Virus record (IMG/VR): IMGVR_UViG_3300025653_000029
Origin: an uncultured virus (IMG/VR IMGVR_UViG_3300025653_000029)
Lineage: Duplodnaviria > Heunggongvirae > Uroviricota > Caudoviricetes
Length of the DNA stretch: 64,000 nt
Direction: 5' to 3' (one strand)
Shown here: positions 19,258 to 31,300 of the stretch, piece by piece
Layout: each line of letters begins with the position of its first letter
How positions within the stretch are numbered: the stretch's first letter is position 1
Program-made: the position numbers and the translations under genes
The notes under the pieces: generated by a model
Told to the model about the DNA's origin: nothing
Seen by the model: only the letters and a program-made list of their open reading frames with translations
Database searches by the model: none

Positions 19258-19622
19258 ATCTCGCCGCAATAGAATCAAAGGTATTTCTTCTGGGGCATTG
19301 GAAGGATTACCAAGAACTGGAGGATAACCTGTCAATGCCAGAACTAGTGGCTATTCTTGAAGCAAAACAAGAAGACGATTATCAGAACAAAAAATTTATG
19401 GCAGCCCTCCAGGGCGTTGATCTTGATCAGTCTAATGCTAAAAACAAGGGAAGTACCTGGGAAGAAATAAAGGCTAGAGCATTTAGCGGCGGTAAAACAA
19501 GTAATCCCAAAGATGTTATGGCACTTAAAGGTAAAAATGCCAAGATGAAGGGTTTTGGAATTGGCCTTGGCCTAGATGCCGTTTCAGTTGACGGTGACGG
19601 GCAGGTGACAAAGATTGGCTAA
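19224..19622 (+). CDS. gpT-like C-terminal part of the frameshifted chaperone (G-T fusion, about 233 aa)
   Basis: The -1 frame reads RTSGGSSWSELDLAAIESKVFLLGHWKDYQELEDNLSMPELVAIL..., continuous with track ORF 19335-19622. Confidence 0.8.
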   Translation, partial: RTSGGSSWSELDLAAIESKVFLLGHWKDYQELEDNLSMPELVAILEAKQEDDYQNKKFMAALQGVDLDQSNAKNKGSTWEEIKARAFSGGKTSNPKDVMALKGKNAKMKGFGIGLGLDAVSVDGDGQVTKIG

Positions 19623-22600
19623 TGCTAATGCTCGTATTAATGTTGATATTAATACCAGTGAGGCCGCTGCTGGCCTAAAAAGACTTCAATCACAATTAAA
19701 TGCATTTAATTCTACCCTAACAAAGGGTTCTGCTGTTCAAGCAACCGCAATGAGAAATGCAAAAGACAATCTCATGGAGCTTGTCAATGCATCTAGATTC
19801 TTTACTGCTGAAACAGTAAGAATGCAAACTGCCGCAGGCAAACTTGACAAAACATTGGCAAAAGGTCAAGGAACTCTGGGGCAGTTCTTTAGTGCTAAGT
19901 TTCTTAAAAATAGCGCAGCAGCAGCAAGCGCACTATCTTTAGCAGAAACAAGAGCAGCAGCACTTCAAACACAATTTGTTGCTACAGGGGCAGCAGCAAA
20001 TGGTATGCGAGATGCAATTGCCATTAGACCCCTTCAAGCATTTAATAATGCAGCAACAGTAAGTGCTCAAAAACTTGCAATTCATAGATCAATGCTTAAT
20101 CAAGCAACTACTTCTATGATTAATTTTGGTAAGAATACACAGTGGACTGGTCGCCAGCTTATGGTTGGTTTTACCGTTCCTCTTACAATTTTTGGTGCTG
20201 TTGCAGGAAAGACATTTAGAGAGCTAGAAAAGGAAGCCGTAAACTTTAAAAAGGTATATGGAGATGCCTTTACTCCCCCAGAAGAAATGCAGGCCAACCT
20301 TGATGCAGTTAAAGAGCTTGCTAAAGAATATACAAAGTATGGTATCGCCGTAAAAGATACTATTGGTTTGGCTGCAGAGGCAGCCGCAGCAGGCGCACAG
20401 AATCAAGAACTGATTGATGCTACAACACAGGCAACCAGACTTGCAACCCTGGGCCAAATGGAACAGAATGAGGCACTAAAGACAACCATTTCTTTGCAGA
20501 ATGCATTTAAACTTTCTGGTGACGAGCTTGCTAAATCTGTTAACTTCCTTAACATGGTTGAAAACCAAACAGTCGTAACTCTACAAGATCTTTCTGGAGC
20601 AATCCCTCGCGTTGCCCCAGTAATTAAAGGTCTTGGTGGAGATGTAGAAGATCTGGCTGCATTCCTTGCTGCAATGCAAGAAGGCGGTGTTAGTGCTGCT
20701 CAGGGTGCACAGGCACTCAAGTCTGGTCTTGCTTCATTAATTAACCCTACAGACAAGGCTAAAGAAAAGTTGCAAGGCATGGGCATTTCCTTAGATACAA
20801 TAATTCAGGCGAACAGAGGCGACCTGATGGGTACTGTACAAGCACTAGCAGATGCCTTTGACACCCTTGATCAATTCAGTAGACAGCAGGCAATTGAAGA
20901 AATCTTTGGAAAGTTCCAGTACGCAAGACTAGCAGCACTATTTGATAATATCAATAAAGAGGGAACACAGGCAGCCAGAGTTCTTGAAATGACAGGAATG
21001 AGTGCTGGTGAAATGGCGGCATCTGCAGAAAAAGAGCTTAGTGCTATTGAAGAAGCAGTAGGAACTCAGTTTACTGCAGCAATGGAAAAACTACAGTTGG
21101 CAATAGCACCTATAGGTGAAATGTTTACTAAGCTTGCTATTCCAGTTATTAATTTCTTGTCAAAGATTGCAGATGCATTTAATAACTTGCCAGATTTTGC
21201 TAAGAAGTTTATTGGATTGGCAACAGTTGTTGTTGGCCTCGTAATACCTGCAGGCACAATGTTCTTAGGTTTGTTGGTAAACCTTGTTGGAACACTTACA
21301 AAGTTTGGTGCAGTAACTGGTTCAGCATTTAGAGGATTTTTGAGCGGCGGTATTAAGGGTGCATTTGATGCAGTATCACAGTCTGTAAACTATATGTCTC
21401 TAGAACAAATTGATGCTGCAACAGCATCTCAACAATTGGCTGGATCTACAGAGGCAGTAAATGCCGCACTACTTGGTCAGGTTGGAGCAAGTGAGGGTGC
21501 TCAGGCAGCAGTTATGGAACTTGCTTATGCATATGAAATTTTGACACAACAAATGCGTGAGACAGCCGCGATGAATGAACTTGTGTTTGGTACAAGTGCT
21601 GCAGCAATGGGAGCAGCAGGTACAAGAGGTCCAAGGGTTAGAAGAAATCGCGGCGGTACAATTCCAGGTTCAGGAAATACAGACACAGTACCAGCAATGC
21701 TCACCCCTGGTGAATTTGTTGTCAATAAGCAGGCAACACAAGATAACCTACCTTTGCTTAGGCAGATAAATGAAAGTGGAAAGGTTCCAGGATACTTTGC
21801 TGGTGGAATAGTTGCTAGGCTGCTATCAATGTTTAGAAGAAAGCCTCCAATTAATAATCAGACAATTATGCCAATAGTGTCCAAGGGTAGCCCTTGGCAG
21901 CAAGCAGAAGCACGACGACAACAAGGACGGCAAAATCAACAACAAAGATTTTTAGAAAATGATTTTAATCTAAGTGACATATCAGAACCAGCAAAAAGAA
22001 GAGCCTGGTCGCTTGCTAATGAGCTTGAAATTACGACTAATGCAGATACGAGAGGTTCCGTAGGATTTCATTCAAAATATAATCAACAATTAAAAGATGG
22101 AAATGTTGATGCTAATCCAACAGCAAGACAACTACTAGATGATTTAAATGATGACACATATGATTCTTTTGTTGTATTGAGACAACAAGCACAAACATGG
22201 AATTCAAGAAATCCAAATTCTACTGTGAATACAGATACGATTATTAAAAATTTTAAAAGAAGTTTGAGCGGTTTAGAAGAAACTAAAGTTAATGATACCA
22301 GAATAAAACTTTTGTACAGGGAGGCAATAGAAGAATCAGGTGTTAATGGTAGAGACTTTCTTGATGCCATTAGAAAACCAGCAGTTATAGATGCAAAAAT
22401 GACACTTCAAGATCAAGAAATTGGTCTGAGGCAGAAGGAATACTCAGCTAGGAATGTTCAACAAGAGTTTGGCTCAGGTTTTGATAGATCTGAGAATCTA
22501 ATAAAGGCAGACTTATTGCCAGATGGAAGAATTAGAATATCAAGACATATAAGAAAATTAACCGAGAAACAGAAAAAAGATGGTATAGATACAGAACGAG

Positions 22601-25600
22601 AAGAAATGGCAATAATTAGTGTCGGTGAAAAACAATACATAAAAGATGGAAGAAATAAGGCTAATATATGGGTAAACGATGATGATGGGCCAGTAAATTT
22701 AAGGCTATTAAGAGGAGAGTTGGGTTCTGCCCCAGGAGCAGATTATAGTTATAAGAGTGTGACAGGACCTGGAATAAAAGGTGTTCAATTTGCTCATGCA
22801 AATAAAGGAGGGCATATTGTTCCTGGTGTAGGTAACAAAGATACTGTTCCTGCAATGCTTACCCCAGGGGAATTTGTTGTAAATAAAAAAGCTACCCAAT
22901 CTAACATGGCCCTTCTTAAAGCTATCAATGATGGAACCATTAGAGGTTACGCTGCAGGAGATGTTGTTGGAGATAAGAGAAACGGTTTTTATGCAGAGGG
23001 TACAAATGGAATGAAGAGTGGTCCCTTCCCAACAAGAAGAATGGCTAGAAAAGAAGCAAGACAAATAGTAAGAAATCTTGGTATTTCTCGTTCTGGTGGA
23101 ATGGGAATGATGGGTGGAAGAGCAATGGGCCTATCCATGCTTGGGGGCACGGCAATGATGGGTGGAATGATGATTCCAGGCGTTGCACAAAATCAAGTAG
23201 CATCAACTGCAATGATGGGTGGAGGAATGTTGTTGTCAATGGCTCCAATGCTTGCAGGCATGGGGCCAGTTGGACTCGCAATTGCTGGAGTAACAGCAGC
23301 GGCAACAGCGGCTGGAGTTGCACTTTATAAGTGGAGAGATGGTGTTGATACCGCTTCTCGTAAAGCTGCAGAATTTGGAGCAAATCTAGGTGCAACTGCA
23401 AATGCTTTGAACAATATGGCAGCATTAATGGGACAACAAACGCCTTCACAAAGAAGGGCACAGCTTACATTAAATAAAGAAGATAAAGAAATTCTAAATG
23501 AATATGCTCAAGAGTTTCAAAACATGTTTTCTTCAGAAAAGGGACAGGCATTTATTGAAGATCTTAAAAATTCAACCTCTGCAGAAAGATTTAAAAAACT
23601 TTCTGATAACTTAAGTTATGCAATAGCAGCGGGAATGCTAGATCAAACAACAGCTCAAGCTTTTGCAAAAGGCATTGCTATAGAAATTGGTGATGCAGTT
23701 TTAGGAACTCAAGTAGCAACAAGAATATCTGAACAAGGTCAGGGTCCAGAATCACTAATTAATTTAGCTGAAAAAAGAATATCAAAGTCTTCCGATCTTA
23801 TGTCAAATGCACTAAATGAAACTACGCTTACACATGAAGAAGCTTCTAAAACAATAGGTGCTGCAACACAAATAATTCAAGACTTTTCTAATGCAGAAGC
23901 GTTAGCTAGAGAGCAGTTCGCTGCTGGTGATATAGGGTATGAAGAACTTCAATTAATTATTGAAAAAACAACAAAGGCTCAAAGTGATTATAGCGAGGCA
24001 ATTCAATTTGCACTAGATAAAACAAATGATTTGGGCGCAACAATGCAAGCAGTTATTGAGCAAGTTTCTTCTGCTGGAATATATACAGAAGATCAGGTTA
24101 AAGAATTAGAATCAATAACTGGTCGTTTAAGAAGCGGAGAGCCAGTAACTACAGAAGAAATCCCTCAAGTTGTAGACCAGTATACTGGTCCTGGGATGGA
24201 GATGACTGCTGTAACAGTAGAAGAAGTTGGAAGAGAAACTGCAGCTAAAACTGGTCAAGCATCAACAATTGATCAAAATGAACTAATATCTGCAGCACTT
24301 GGTTTACAAGGAGAAATAAATTTTGAAGATATGAAGTCCATCTTAGAAGAAATATCTTCAGGTGCTGGCGAATTATTTGATATATATAGTGCTCAAATAG
24401 ATTTAGGAAAACTTCCTTTTGAAGCACTAAGGTCAACTGCTGCATCAGAAGCAATATCATCACTCATAACATCTGGTAATGAGTCTGATGTTAGAGATAT
24501 TGCGGTTAATTTTGAATCTTCTGGTGGAGATTTAATTTCATTATTAAGATTAATATCTTCTCTTCCAGAGGACGGGACAGTAAGATATGACTTCCTTATG
24601 AATTTTGATCTTTTAACTCCAGAACAACAAAACACAATGCTATCTGACTCAGAAAAATTAGCAAGTATATTTGGTGATAATTTTGCTAACAGTATTCGAG
24701 AAAGCAGTAAATATCAAGAAGCTTTAGAACAAGGTACAACTGAAGCAATAGTTTCAGATATGGAAGAAGCAGAAAAAGTATTTGGTAAATATGCAACCTC
24801 AATAATTAATTATGCAAATATTACTGATACACCACTTTCAAGATTAACTGGTTATGCAAAAGAAATTTCTAAAATTCCACAAGACTTGCAGTTCAAACTT
24901 GGTATAGATATTACTAACAGAGAAGACTTAAAACAATTTGGTCCACTTGCAGATGATATTGCTAATAGTGCCTCTATATTATTAAAACTACCAGAAGAAA
25001 TAAATGTTAAAGCTTTTATTGAAGCTAATACAAATAAAAATGGTGAATTAGCAAGCCCAGAAGAGTTGGCAAATGAAGTAATAAAAATAAGAAAAGCAAT
25101 GGCTGATTTAGATTCAACAAAACCAGAAATTGTTAAAAAGGCTGCAGTTCAAATAATGGTTCAAGAAGGAATGACTCAAACCGATGCTAACACAGCTTTT
25201 GGTAAATTACTTGCAAGAATGAAAGATTTTAACGATTTTAAGGTAGAAGACAAAGTTATTGTAATTCAAGCATATGTTGAACTTGAGCAAGCAATTGAAG
25301 CACTATCAGCACTTGAAGAATCTATGGCAGAATTTGGAGGCGTAGGTGGTGGAGGAGCACTTGATAGAAAAGCTAATCAATTAGCAAAAGAGAGGGTTAG
25401 GAATGCAATACAAATCTTAGAAGCTGCACAACAAACTTCTAGGATAAATCTAGCAGATAGTGGAACAAGAACAGGACCTGGCGGTAATGGACAAAAAGAA
25501 AAAACTCTTTTCCAACAACTTAAAGAACAAGCTCAAGCATCACAAAAAATGCTTGCAGGAATGTCTAAATTAGGTAATCAAAGAGGGTTTAAGAAATTCA

Positions 25601-27759
25601 TTTCTGGACCCTTTGCCCCAGAATTTCTTGAATATCTTAGATCACAAGGAGAAAAAGGTCTTAAACTAATTAGGGGCGGTCTTGATAAAGTCAAGGGGGC
25701 ATATGCTAATTTTGTAGCAGATCGGTCTGCACAACTTGCTGCAGAAGCAATGGCTCTTCCATTTACTCTCGCAAATCAGTTGCAGAATCAAAGAGAGGAT
25801 CTAGACTATAGGAAGTCTCTTGTTGCAGAGGGAAGGTCTATAGAAGAAGTAGAAATAATAGCTGAACAAACAAAGGCATATAGAGATCAAATTCAAATAA
25901 ACAAAGACATTATTAGACAAGAAAGACAAAAGAAAAAGTCAGAAAGAAATACAGGAAGAATTAAACAGCTTAGAGAAGAAAACTCTTTGTTACAAAAGGC
26001 AACTAATTCAGTTGAAAAATTTGCAAAAGAACAATTAGATTTAAATGAAGAGTCTGATCAGTTTACCAAGTTTAATACAGAGCTTGGAAGTCTGGACGAT
26101 CAAGTCAAGGCTGCTAATTATGCTTTAGAATTAATGTCTGAAGGAATTGCGCCATCAGCGGCAGTTGCTATATCTCAAATTGCTGGAGCAGCAAACTACT
26201 CAACAGAAGAATTAAGTAAGTTTGTTGGTCTATTTGAAGAATTAGAAATACTTACACTTGCTATGCAAGATCCAGCACAATTAAGACTACAGCAACTTCA
26301 AGGACAAGAAAATATTAATCGACTTAAATATGAAATTGAGCTTCTTGAAAATATAAATAAGAATGAAACAATGTCTGCCCTTTATGCTGAAGAAAAGGTA
26401 GACAACCATGAAGACCTGCTTGAGGTTTATGAAAGAGAAAACGAACTAAAATCTAGAGAAATAGAGCTAAGACAAAGGGCACTTGAGCCAATTGATGAAG
26501 AAATAACCAGGCTTGAAGAACAAAAAGAAACTATTCAAGAAACATATGATAACCAGATAGAAGCACTTGATGAAATTTTTGAAAAAGAAGAAAAGATAAT
26601 TGCTCTAAAAGAAAAGAGCCTAGACGTTGCCGATGCACTATCTAGTGGTGATATTGCTGCTGCTGCAAGAGCACAGATGCAGCTTCAATCGGAGCTTGCT
26701 GCACAAAGAAGAGAAGATCAAAGATCCATGCTTGAGTTGAAAAAACAAAAAGAGATTGAAAACATTGACGACAAGATTAATAAAGCCAAGGATAGAAGGA
26801 AGGTCATTGAAGAAGATATCAAGAGACTGCAACTTGAGCAAAGAGATATTCAAGATCAGATTTACAATACTCAGTTTTTTATTAATGAAGAGGCTGCAAG
26901 ACTTGAAGATAAATATAAGCTTGGTAATAATCAACTAGCTATGCTTAGAGCAGAGCTTGAACTTGCTGAAGTAGATCAAAGAAAATTGAATGCTGCAATT
27001 GATGAACAAAATGAAAGATTAGCAGCTGCTAACAGAATTAAACAGCAGAATGCTACGTCATATTCTGCACCAGCACCAGCACCAGCACCAGCAGCACCAG
27101 TTCCTGGAGTAACAACGCCTGGAACACTACAACAAGCTAACATTGCCGCAGGAAAACCTGTTACAGTAGCAGATACAAAGGCTCAAACATGGTATGAAAC
27201 AAAAACTCCTGCAGACTCAGTTATTCAAAGCGTTGTAAATCGTGCAGCACAAGGAGATACGTCAGGATTTAGGGCAAGAGAGTGGGCTATTATTGCTAAT
27301 AATATTGGTAGAGCAGCAACTGTTATGTATGGTGGGAAAATCAAGCAACTTATGTTTGGTGGATCTGTTAATTATAGAGGTTCTAGAGAAACACCCCCAG
27401 GATTTATGTATGGTGGAAAAATGAAGAAGTTCGCTTCTGGATCATGGGTTCCTGGAAATGGAATGCTTGATAGTGTTCCTGCCATGCTAACTCCTGGAGA
27501 ATTTGTAGTTCGTAAGCCAGTAGCAGAGACATATGGAAACTTTCTTCAATCTCTTAATGGTCAAGTATTCCCAAGAGTTAATTTTAGACAGCCAATGCCC
27601 AATGGTAGTGCATCAGAATCTGGATCAATGTATAATTATAATGTAAATGTAACACTAAATGGCTCAGATATGAATCCAGATGATGTTGCAAATGCTGTAA
27701 TGAAGAAGATTAAGATGACTGAAAATACTAGACTAAGAGGATACAATACCCGTGGCTGA
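19615..27759 (+). CDS. tape measure protein (2714 aa) with repeated VPG-GN-DTVPAMLTPGEFVV modules
   Basis: Longest ORF, directly after the chaperones. Ala-rich helical TMP core, hydrophobic segments and coiled coils. Confidence 0.92.
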   Translation: MANANARINVDINTSEAAAGLKRLQSQLNAFNSTLTKGSAVQATAMRNAKDNLMELVNASRFFTAETVRMQTAAGKLDKTLAKGQGTLGQFFSAKFLKNSAAAASALSLAETRAAALQTQFVATGAAANGMRDAIAIRPLQAFNNAATVSAQKLAIHRSMLNQATTSMINFGKNTQWTGRQLMVGFTVPLTIFGAVAGKTFRELEKEAVNFKKVYGDAFTPPEEMQANLDAVKELAKEYTKYGIAVKDTIGLAAEAAAAGAQNQELIDATTQATRLATLGQMEQNEALKTTISLQNAFKLSGDELAKSVNFLNMVENQTVVTLQDLSGAIPRVAPVIKGLGGDVEDLAAFLAAMQEGGVSAAQGAQALKSGLASLINPTDKAKEKLQGMGISLDTIIQANRGDLMGTVQALADAFDTLDQFSRQQAIEEIFGKFQYARLAALFDNINKEGTQAARVLEMTGMSAGEMAASAEKELSAIEEAVGTQFTAAMEKLQLAIAPIGEMFTKLAIPVINFLSKIADAFNNLPDFAKKFIGLATVVVGLVIPAGTMFLGLLVNLVGTLTKFGAVTGSAFRGFLSGGIKGAFDAVSQSVNYMSLEQIDAATASQQLAGSTEAVNAALLGQVGASEGAQAAVMELAYAYEILTQQMRETAAMNELVFGTSAAAMGAAGTRGPRVRRNRGGTIPGSGNTDTVPAMLTPGEFVVNKQATQDNLPLLRQINESGKVPGYFAGGIVARLLSMFRRKPPINNQTIMPIVSKGSPWQQAEARRQQGRQNQQQRFLENDFNLSDISEPAKRRAWSLANELEITTNADTRGSVGFHSKYNQQLKDGNVDANPTARQLLDDLNDDTYDSFVVLRQQAQTWNSRNPNSTVNTDTIIKNFKRSLSGLEETKVNDTRIKLLYREAIEESGVNGRDFLDAIRKPAVIDAKMTLQDQEIGLRQKEYSARNVQQEFGSGFDRSENLIKADLLPDGRIRISRHIRKLTEKQKKDGIDTEREEMAIISVGEKQYIKDGRNKANIWVNDDDGPVNLRLLRGELGSAPGADYSYKSVTGPGIKGVQFAHANKGGHIVPGVGNKDTVPAMLTPGEFVVNKKATQSNMALLKAINDGTIRGYAAGDVVGDKRNGFYAEGTNGMKSGPFPTRRMARKEARQIVRNLGISRSGGMGMMGGRAMGLSMLGGTAMMGGMMIPGVAQNQVASTAMMGGGMLLSMAPMLAGMGPVGLAIAGVTAAATAAGVALYKWRDGVDTASRKAAEFGANLGATANALNNMAALMGQQTPSQRRAQLTLNKEDKEILNEYAQEFQNMFSSEKGQAFIEDLKNSTSAERFKKLSDNLSYAIAAGMLDQTTAQAFAKGIAIEIGDAVLGTQVATRISEQGQGPESLINLAEKRISKSSDLMSNALNETTLTHEEASKTIGAATQIIQDFSNAEALAREQFAAGDIGYEELQLIIEKTTKAQSDYSEAIQFALDKTNDLGATMQAVIEQVSSAGIYTEDQVKELESITGRLRSGEPVTTEEIPQVVDQYTGPGMEMTAVTVEEVGRETAAKTGQASTIDQNELISAALGLQGEINFEDMKSILEEISSGAGELFDIYSAQIDLGKLPFEALRSTAASEAISSLITSGNESDVRDIAVNFESSGGDLISLLRLISSLPEDGTVRYDFLMNFDLLTPEQQNTMLSDSEKLASIFGDNFANSIRESSKYQEALEQGTTEAIVSDMEEAEKVFGKYATSIINYANITDTPLSRLTGYAKEISKIPQDLQFKLGIDITNREDLKQFGPLADDIANSASILLKLPEEINVKAFIEANTNKNGELASPEELANEVIKIRKAMADLDSTKPEIVKKAAVQIMVQEGMTQTDANTAFGKLLARMKDFNDFKVEDKVIVIQAYVELEQAIEALSALEESMAEFGGVGGGGALDRKANQLAKERVRNAIQILEAAQQTSRINLADSGTRTGPGGNGQKEKTLFQQLKEQAQASQKMLAGMSKLGNQRGFKKFISGPFAPEFLEYLRSQGEKGLKLIRGGLDKVKGAYANFVADRSAQLAAEAMALPFTLANQLQNQREDLDYRKSLVAEGRSIEEVEIIAEQTKAYRDQIQINKDIIRQERQKKKSERNTGRIKQLREENSLLQKATNSVEKFAKEQLDLNEESDQFTKFNTELGSLDDQVKAANYALELMSEGIAPSAAVAISQIAGAANYSTEELSKFVGLFEELEILTLAMQDPAQLRLQQLQGQENINRLKYEIELLENINKNETMSALYAEEKVDNHEDLLEVYERENELKSREIELRQRALEPIDEEITRLEEQKETIQETYDNQIEALDEIFEKEEKIIALKEKSLDVADALSSGDIAAAARAQMQLQSELAAQRREDQRSMLELKKQKEIENIDDKINKAKDRRKVIEEDIKRLQLEQRDIQDQIYNTQFFINEEAARLEDKYKLGNNQLAMLRAELELAEVDQRKLNAAIDEQNERLAAANRIKQQNATSYSAPAPAPAPAAPVPGVTTPGTLQQANIAAGKPVTVADTKAQTWYETKTPADSVIQSVVNRAAQGDTSGFRAREWAIIANNIGRAATVMYGGKIKQLMFGGSVNYRGSRETPPGFMYGGKMKKFASGSWVPGNGMLDSVPAMLTPGEFVVRKPVAETYGNFLQSLNGQVFPRVNFRQPMPNGSASESGSMYNYNVNVTLNGSDMNPDDVANAVMKKIKMTENTRLRGYNTRG
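27067..27090 (+). repeat. (GCACCA)x4 encoding an Ala-Pro linker in the tape measure
   Basis: gcaccagcaccagcaccagcacca. Confidence 0.8.
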
Positions 27760-28333
27760 TAGTGTATATATGGCTGGCAGGTCTAAATATGCAAGACCAC
27801 AAGCCATTGTCTGGGCAGATGCATATGAAACTAGCAATGCTAAATATGTACCATCTGGGACAGAATTTGATGACTTCTTAATCCTTTCCGATCATAATCG
27901 TTCTGAAATATCTATTCAAAAACAAAGAATAGAAAATAGAAGAAGAATGATTAATGGAACAATGCGCTCATATCATATTGCAGATAAGAAAACATATTCA
28001 TGGTCCTGGGAAATGTTTCCATCCCGTGCATTTTCAAATTCTCCTGTATTCTCTGCTAGTGGTCAATTGACAAATAGCGTAGAGGATTATGTTGTTGATC
28101 TTGCAGCAGGCGGGGTAGACCTAGTTGATTGGTATGAAAACCATCAAGGTTCATTCTATATGCTTCTTGCCTATGACAAATATAACGAATTTAATGTATT
28201 GCCATACCAACATCTTAATGAATATAACGAAGTTGTTCAAGTATACTTTGCCTCATGTGAAAGCTCTATAATAAAAAGAGGCGGAACAAATCACGATCTT
28301 TGGAACATATCAGTAACGCTTGAGGAGGTATAA
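27752..28333 (+). CDS. distal tail (Dit-like) minor tail protein
   Basis: First gene after the TMP; ends 'WNISVTLEEV'. Confidence 0.65.
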   Translation: MADSVYMAGRSKYARPQAIVWADAYETSNAKYVPSGTEFDDFLILSDHNRSEISIQKQRIENRRRMINGTMRSYHIADKKTYSWSWEMFPSRAFSNSPVFSASGQLTNSVEDYVVDLAAGGVDLVDWYENHQGSFYMLLAYDKYNEFNVLPYQHLNEYNEVVQVYFASCESSIIKRGGTNHDLWNISVTLEEV

Positions 28334-31300
28334 TGTTTTATGATGAAGACCTCCTAGATGCAATAGAAAATAACAACACGCTAAAAATTTCTTCTTTTAT
28401 TCTTGCAGAGTTTAATCTAAATGATCTAGAAAATATTTCTAGAATAGGGAACTATAGATACAGACCTTTTGGTAATGATGGTCAATTCTTAGAGCCAATA
28501 TCTACATATGATAAGTTTGACTTTGGAAACTACTATACAGAAGCAGACATTTCTTATAAAGAATATTCAGACACAGATGATGAAAATACATTTAAAGTTG
28601 TAGATAAAAGTAAAGACTTGTATTATTCTTTAGGAGATTGTTTTTTACCATTTAGACCAAGATCAGGAATTAATAAATTAAGATTTATCAATGGCAAGTT
28701 TTTTGATAACGTAAGGTCTGCAGAGCGTCCAAGATATTATATGCCTTCAAGGTCAGATTACTTTAAATATTGGACCTCATATAGGAATGAGGATGGTGTA
28801 GAAAGAGGAATATCTTCTCCATCACAACCAGTTATTGCGGGTTATGCTATGACAGATGCATGTCCATTTATTGTTTACAAAGAAGCAATTAACTTTAACA
28901 GGCTTGTTATCAAAATGCAAACAAATGTTGGATCGGTAAATCTTGGATCTATTAGACTTTCAAATGATACGGTTATATCTGATCCACTTTATAATTATTC
29001 AAATGCTACGGTACCAGCATCATGGAAGATACAATCTCTTGATGAAAAAAATAATTGGATTGACATTATTGAATTCAATGAAAATACGAGAAGGTCTGAC
29101 GGAAGTCCAATAGTTCCAAAAGATGGACACGTTGAAATTTTTTATGGAATAAAAGTTCCAAAAGAATATATAGGGGTTTTTAGGTTTATTGACTACTCAG
29201 TAGAAACTTTACTGCCAAATATTGGTAATATTTTCGGAGATGCATATGTTGTCAATGATGATAATTTGCCAAATGGTAAATTAAAAATTTGGAATGGTTC
29301 AGATTGGGACGACTTTTTATTAGAGTATGGATGGTCATTATATGAAGAAGATGTTATAGAAAAAAATGGAACAATATCAAAGCCAGTTAATCCATACTTT
29401 TATGAGTTGAATGGTAAAAAAACATATAGAGAGTTTGATAGAACTAATGGCATAAGAATAGTTGTAAAAACAATGAATGCCCCATCAGCACCACTTGATA
29501 TTATTGAGGTATCTCCAAGGCTGCTTGTCAATATGTCAGACTATGTGGAATCGTTTGATATAGCAAAGTCCCTCTCCGCTGATGAAAATGGCCTTCCAGT
29601 TGGATACCTAACTGTTTCAAACGGAAACGTTAACATTGTCAACTTTGACAATATATTAACTGAGTCGAATACTTTTGATGGCGAATTTGGAAGTATTGTA
29701 GCTGATTATGCAAGGCAAAATACAAAGTTTGTTTTTTATGAAACAATACTTGATGTTAATGGTTCGGATAAATATATTCCAATAAAAACTTTATATGCAG
29801 AAATTTTCCCCAGACCTTCTGGGGGAGATTCAGTAATATCTGTCCCATTAAGAGACTTATTTTTTAAACTAGAGACAACCAATGCCCCAAGCCTCCTAAG
29901 CCAAGAAACTACACTGACATATGCAGTAGCAACCGTTCTTGATTACATAGGGTTTAGTAATTACTTATTTAAAAATATTACAGAAGAAAACGATCCAATT
30001 CTTCCATTCTTTTTTATTGAGCCAAACATAAGTGTTGCTGAAATTTTACAAAGGCTAGCGCAGGCAACTCAAACAGCAATGTTTTTTGATGAATATAATA
30101 ATTTTATTGTAATGTCAAAAGAATATCTTTTCCCATCAGAGACAGATCGTGAAATAGATTTCGTTCTTTCTGGAAATAATTCACCATTAGCAAATATTGA
30201 ATCAATAGATAGTTCAGAAACAAAAATAATTAATGACGGAAGAATTGACTATACGATTAGATATATACAACGCTCAGTATCTACATTAAAATCTTCATTT
30301 TTACTAGATGAAGAAAGAACTTACAAGTATAAGCCAGTCCTTTTGTGGGAAGTAAGTGCAACAGAACAAACAAAAACTGTAAATGAAGCCTCAAAAGATT
30401 CCTCTGGTTACACTCTGGGAGCTATGGCACTAAATAATGACTTGTCTATTAATCCTCCATCTGTTGTAAATAGAGAAATGGTGAACAATGTTATTGATGT
30501 AGGAGAAAGCATTTATTGGATTCCAAGATTCCAGGGTTACCTATATGCAAATGGTGAAATAATTAGATTTGATGCTGTAGAATTTGCAGTACCTGGAACA
30601 GAAACTCCAACAGTTTGGATATCGAATAATCAAGAATATCAAAAATATTTTTCTTCTTTGCCATTTAATGGGAAAATATACCCTACTGGAAGGATAAGAA
30701 TATTCTCTGAACCATATTATGAAACAATAAATGGAACAACATTTTTAAAAAATGGAGAAGTCCGTATACACGGTCGCGGTCAGTTTGGTACAGAAATAAC
30801 AAATCATTCTGCAGGTCTTCCAGAATATTGGTCAAACAATACAAATACATATGGAGTAAGAACAGCGTCTGAATACCTTTTTACTACAACTCCCACAGAA
30901 AATATTTCATATCCAGAAATAAGCTCAACAAAAAGAGTAGAATCTGATGCTGTAAACGAAATTGCAAGAAAGTCAAAAAGAAACGGAATAATTAAAAACT
31001 TTATGTCTTCAAAAACATTTGTTGATGGCCTTGTTAACGATTTAAGAACCACAGAATCAGGAACATTACAATCCTCTGCTTTAGTATTTAAAGGCCCAGC
31101 ACCTGAACAATCAATTCCTAACCATAGGGACTTAATTTCTTACATCTATAAAGATTTATCATCTAATTTTTCATTTAGAAGTTTTGGAACAAGAATGAGA
31201 ATTATTGGGGAGCCAGATTTTAATTACGGTCAGATTGCAAATGGTTCTAGTAATTATTTTTCTATTCAATCTTTAGATATGCAAGATAGTACAAGCGTCA

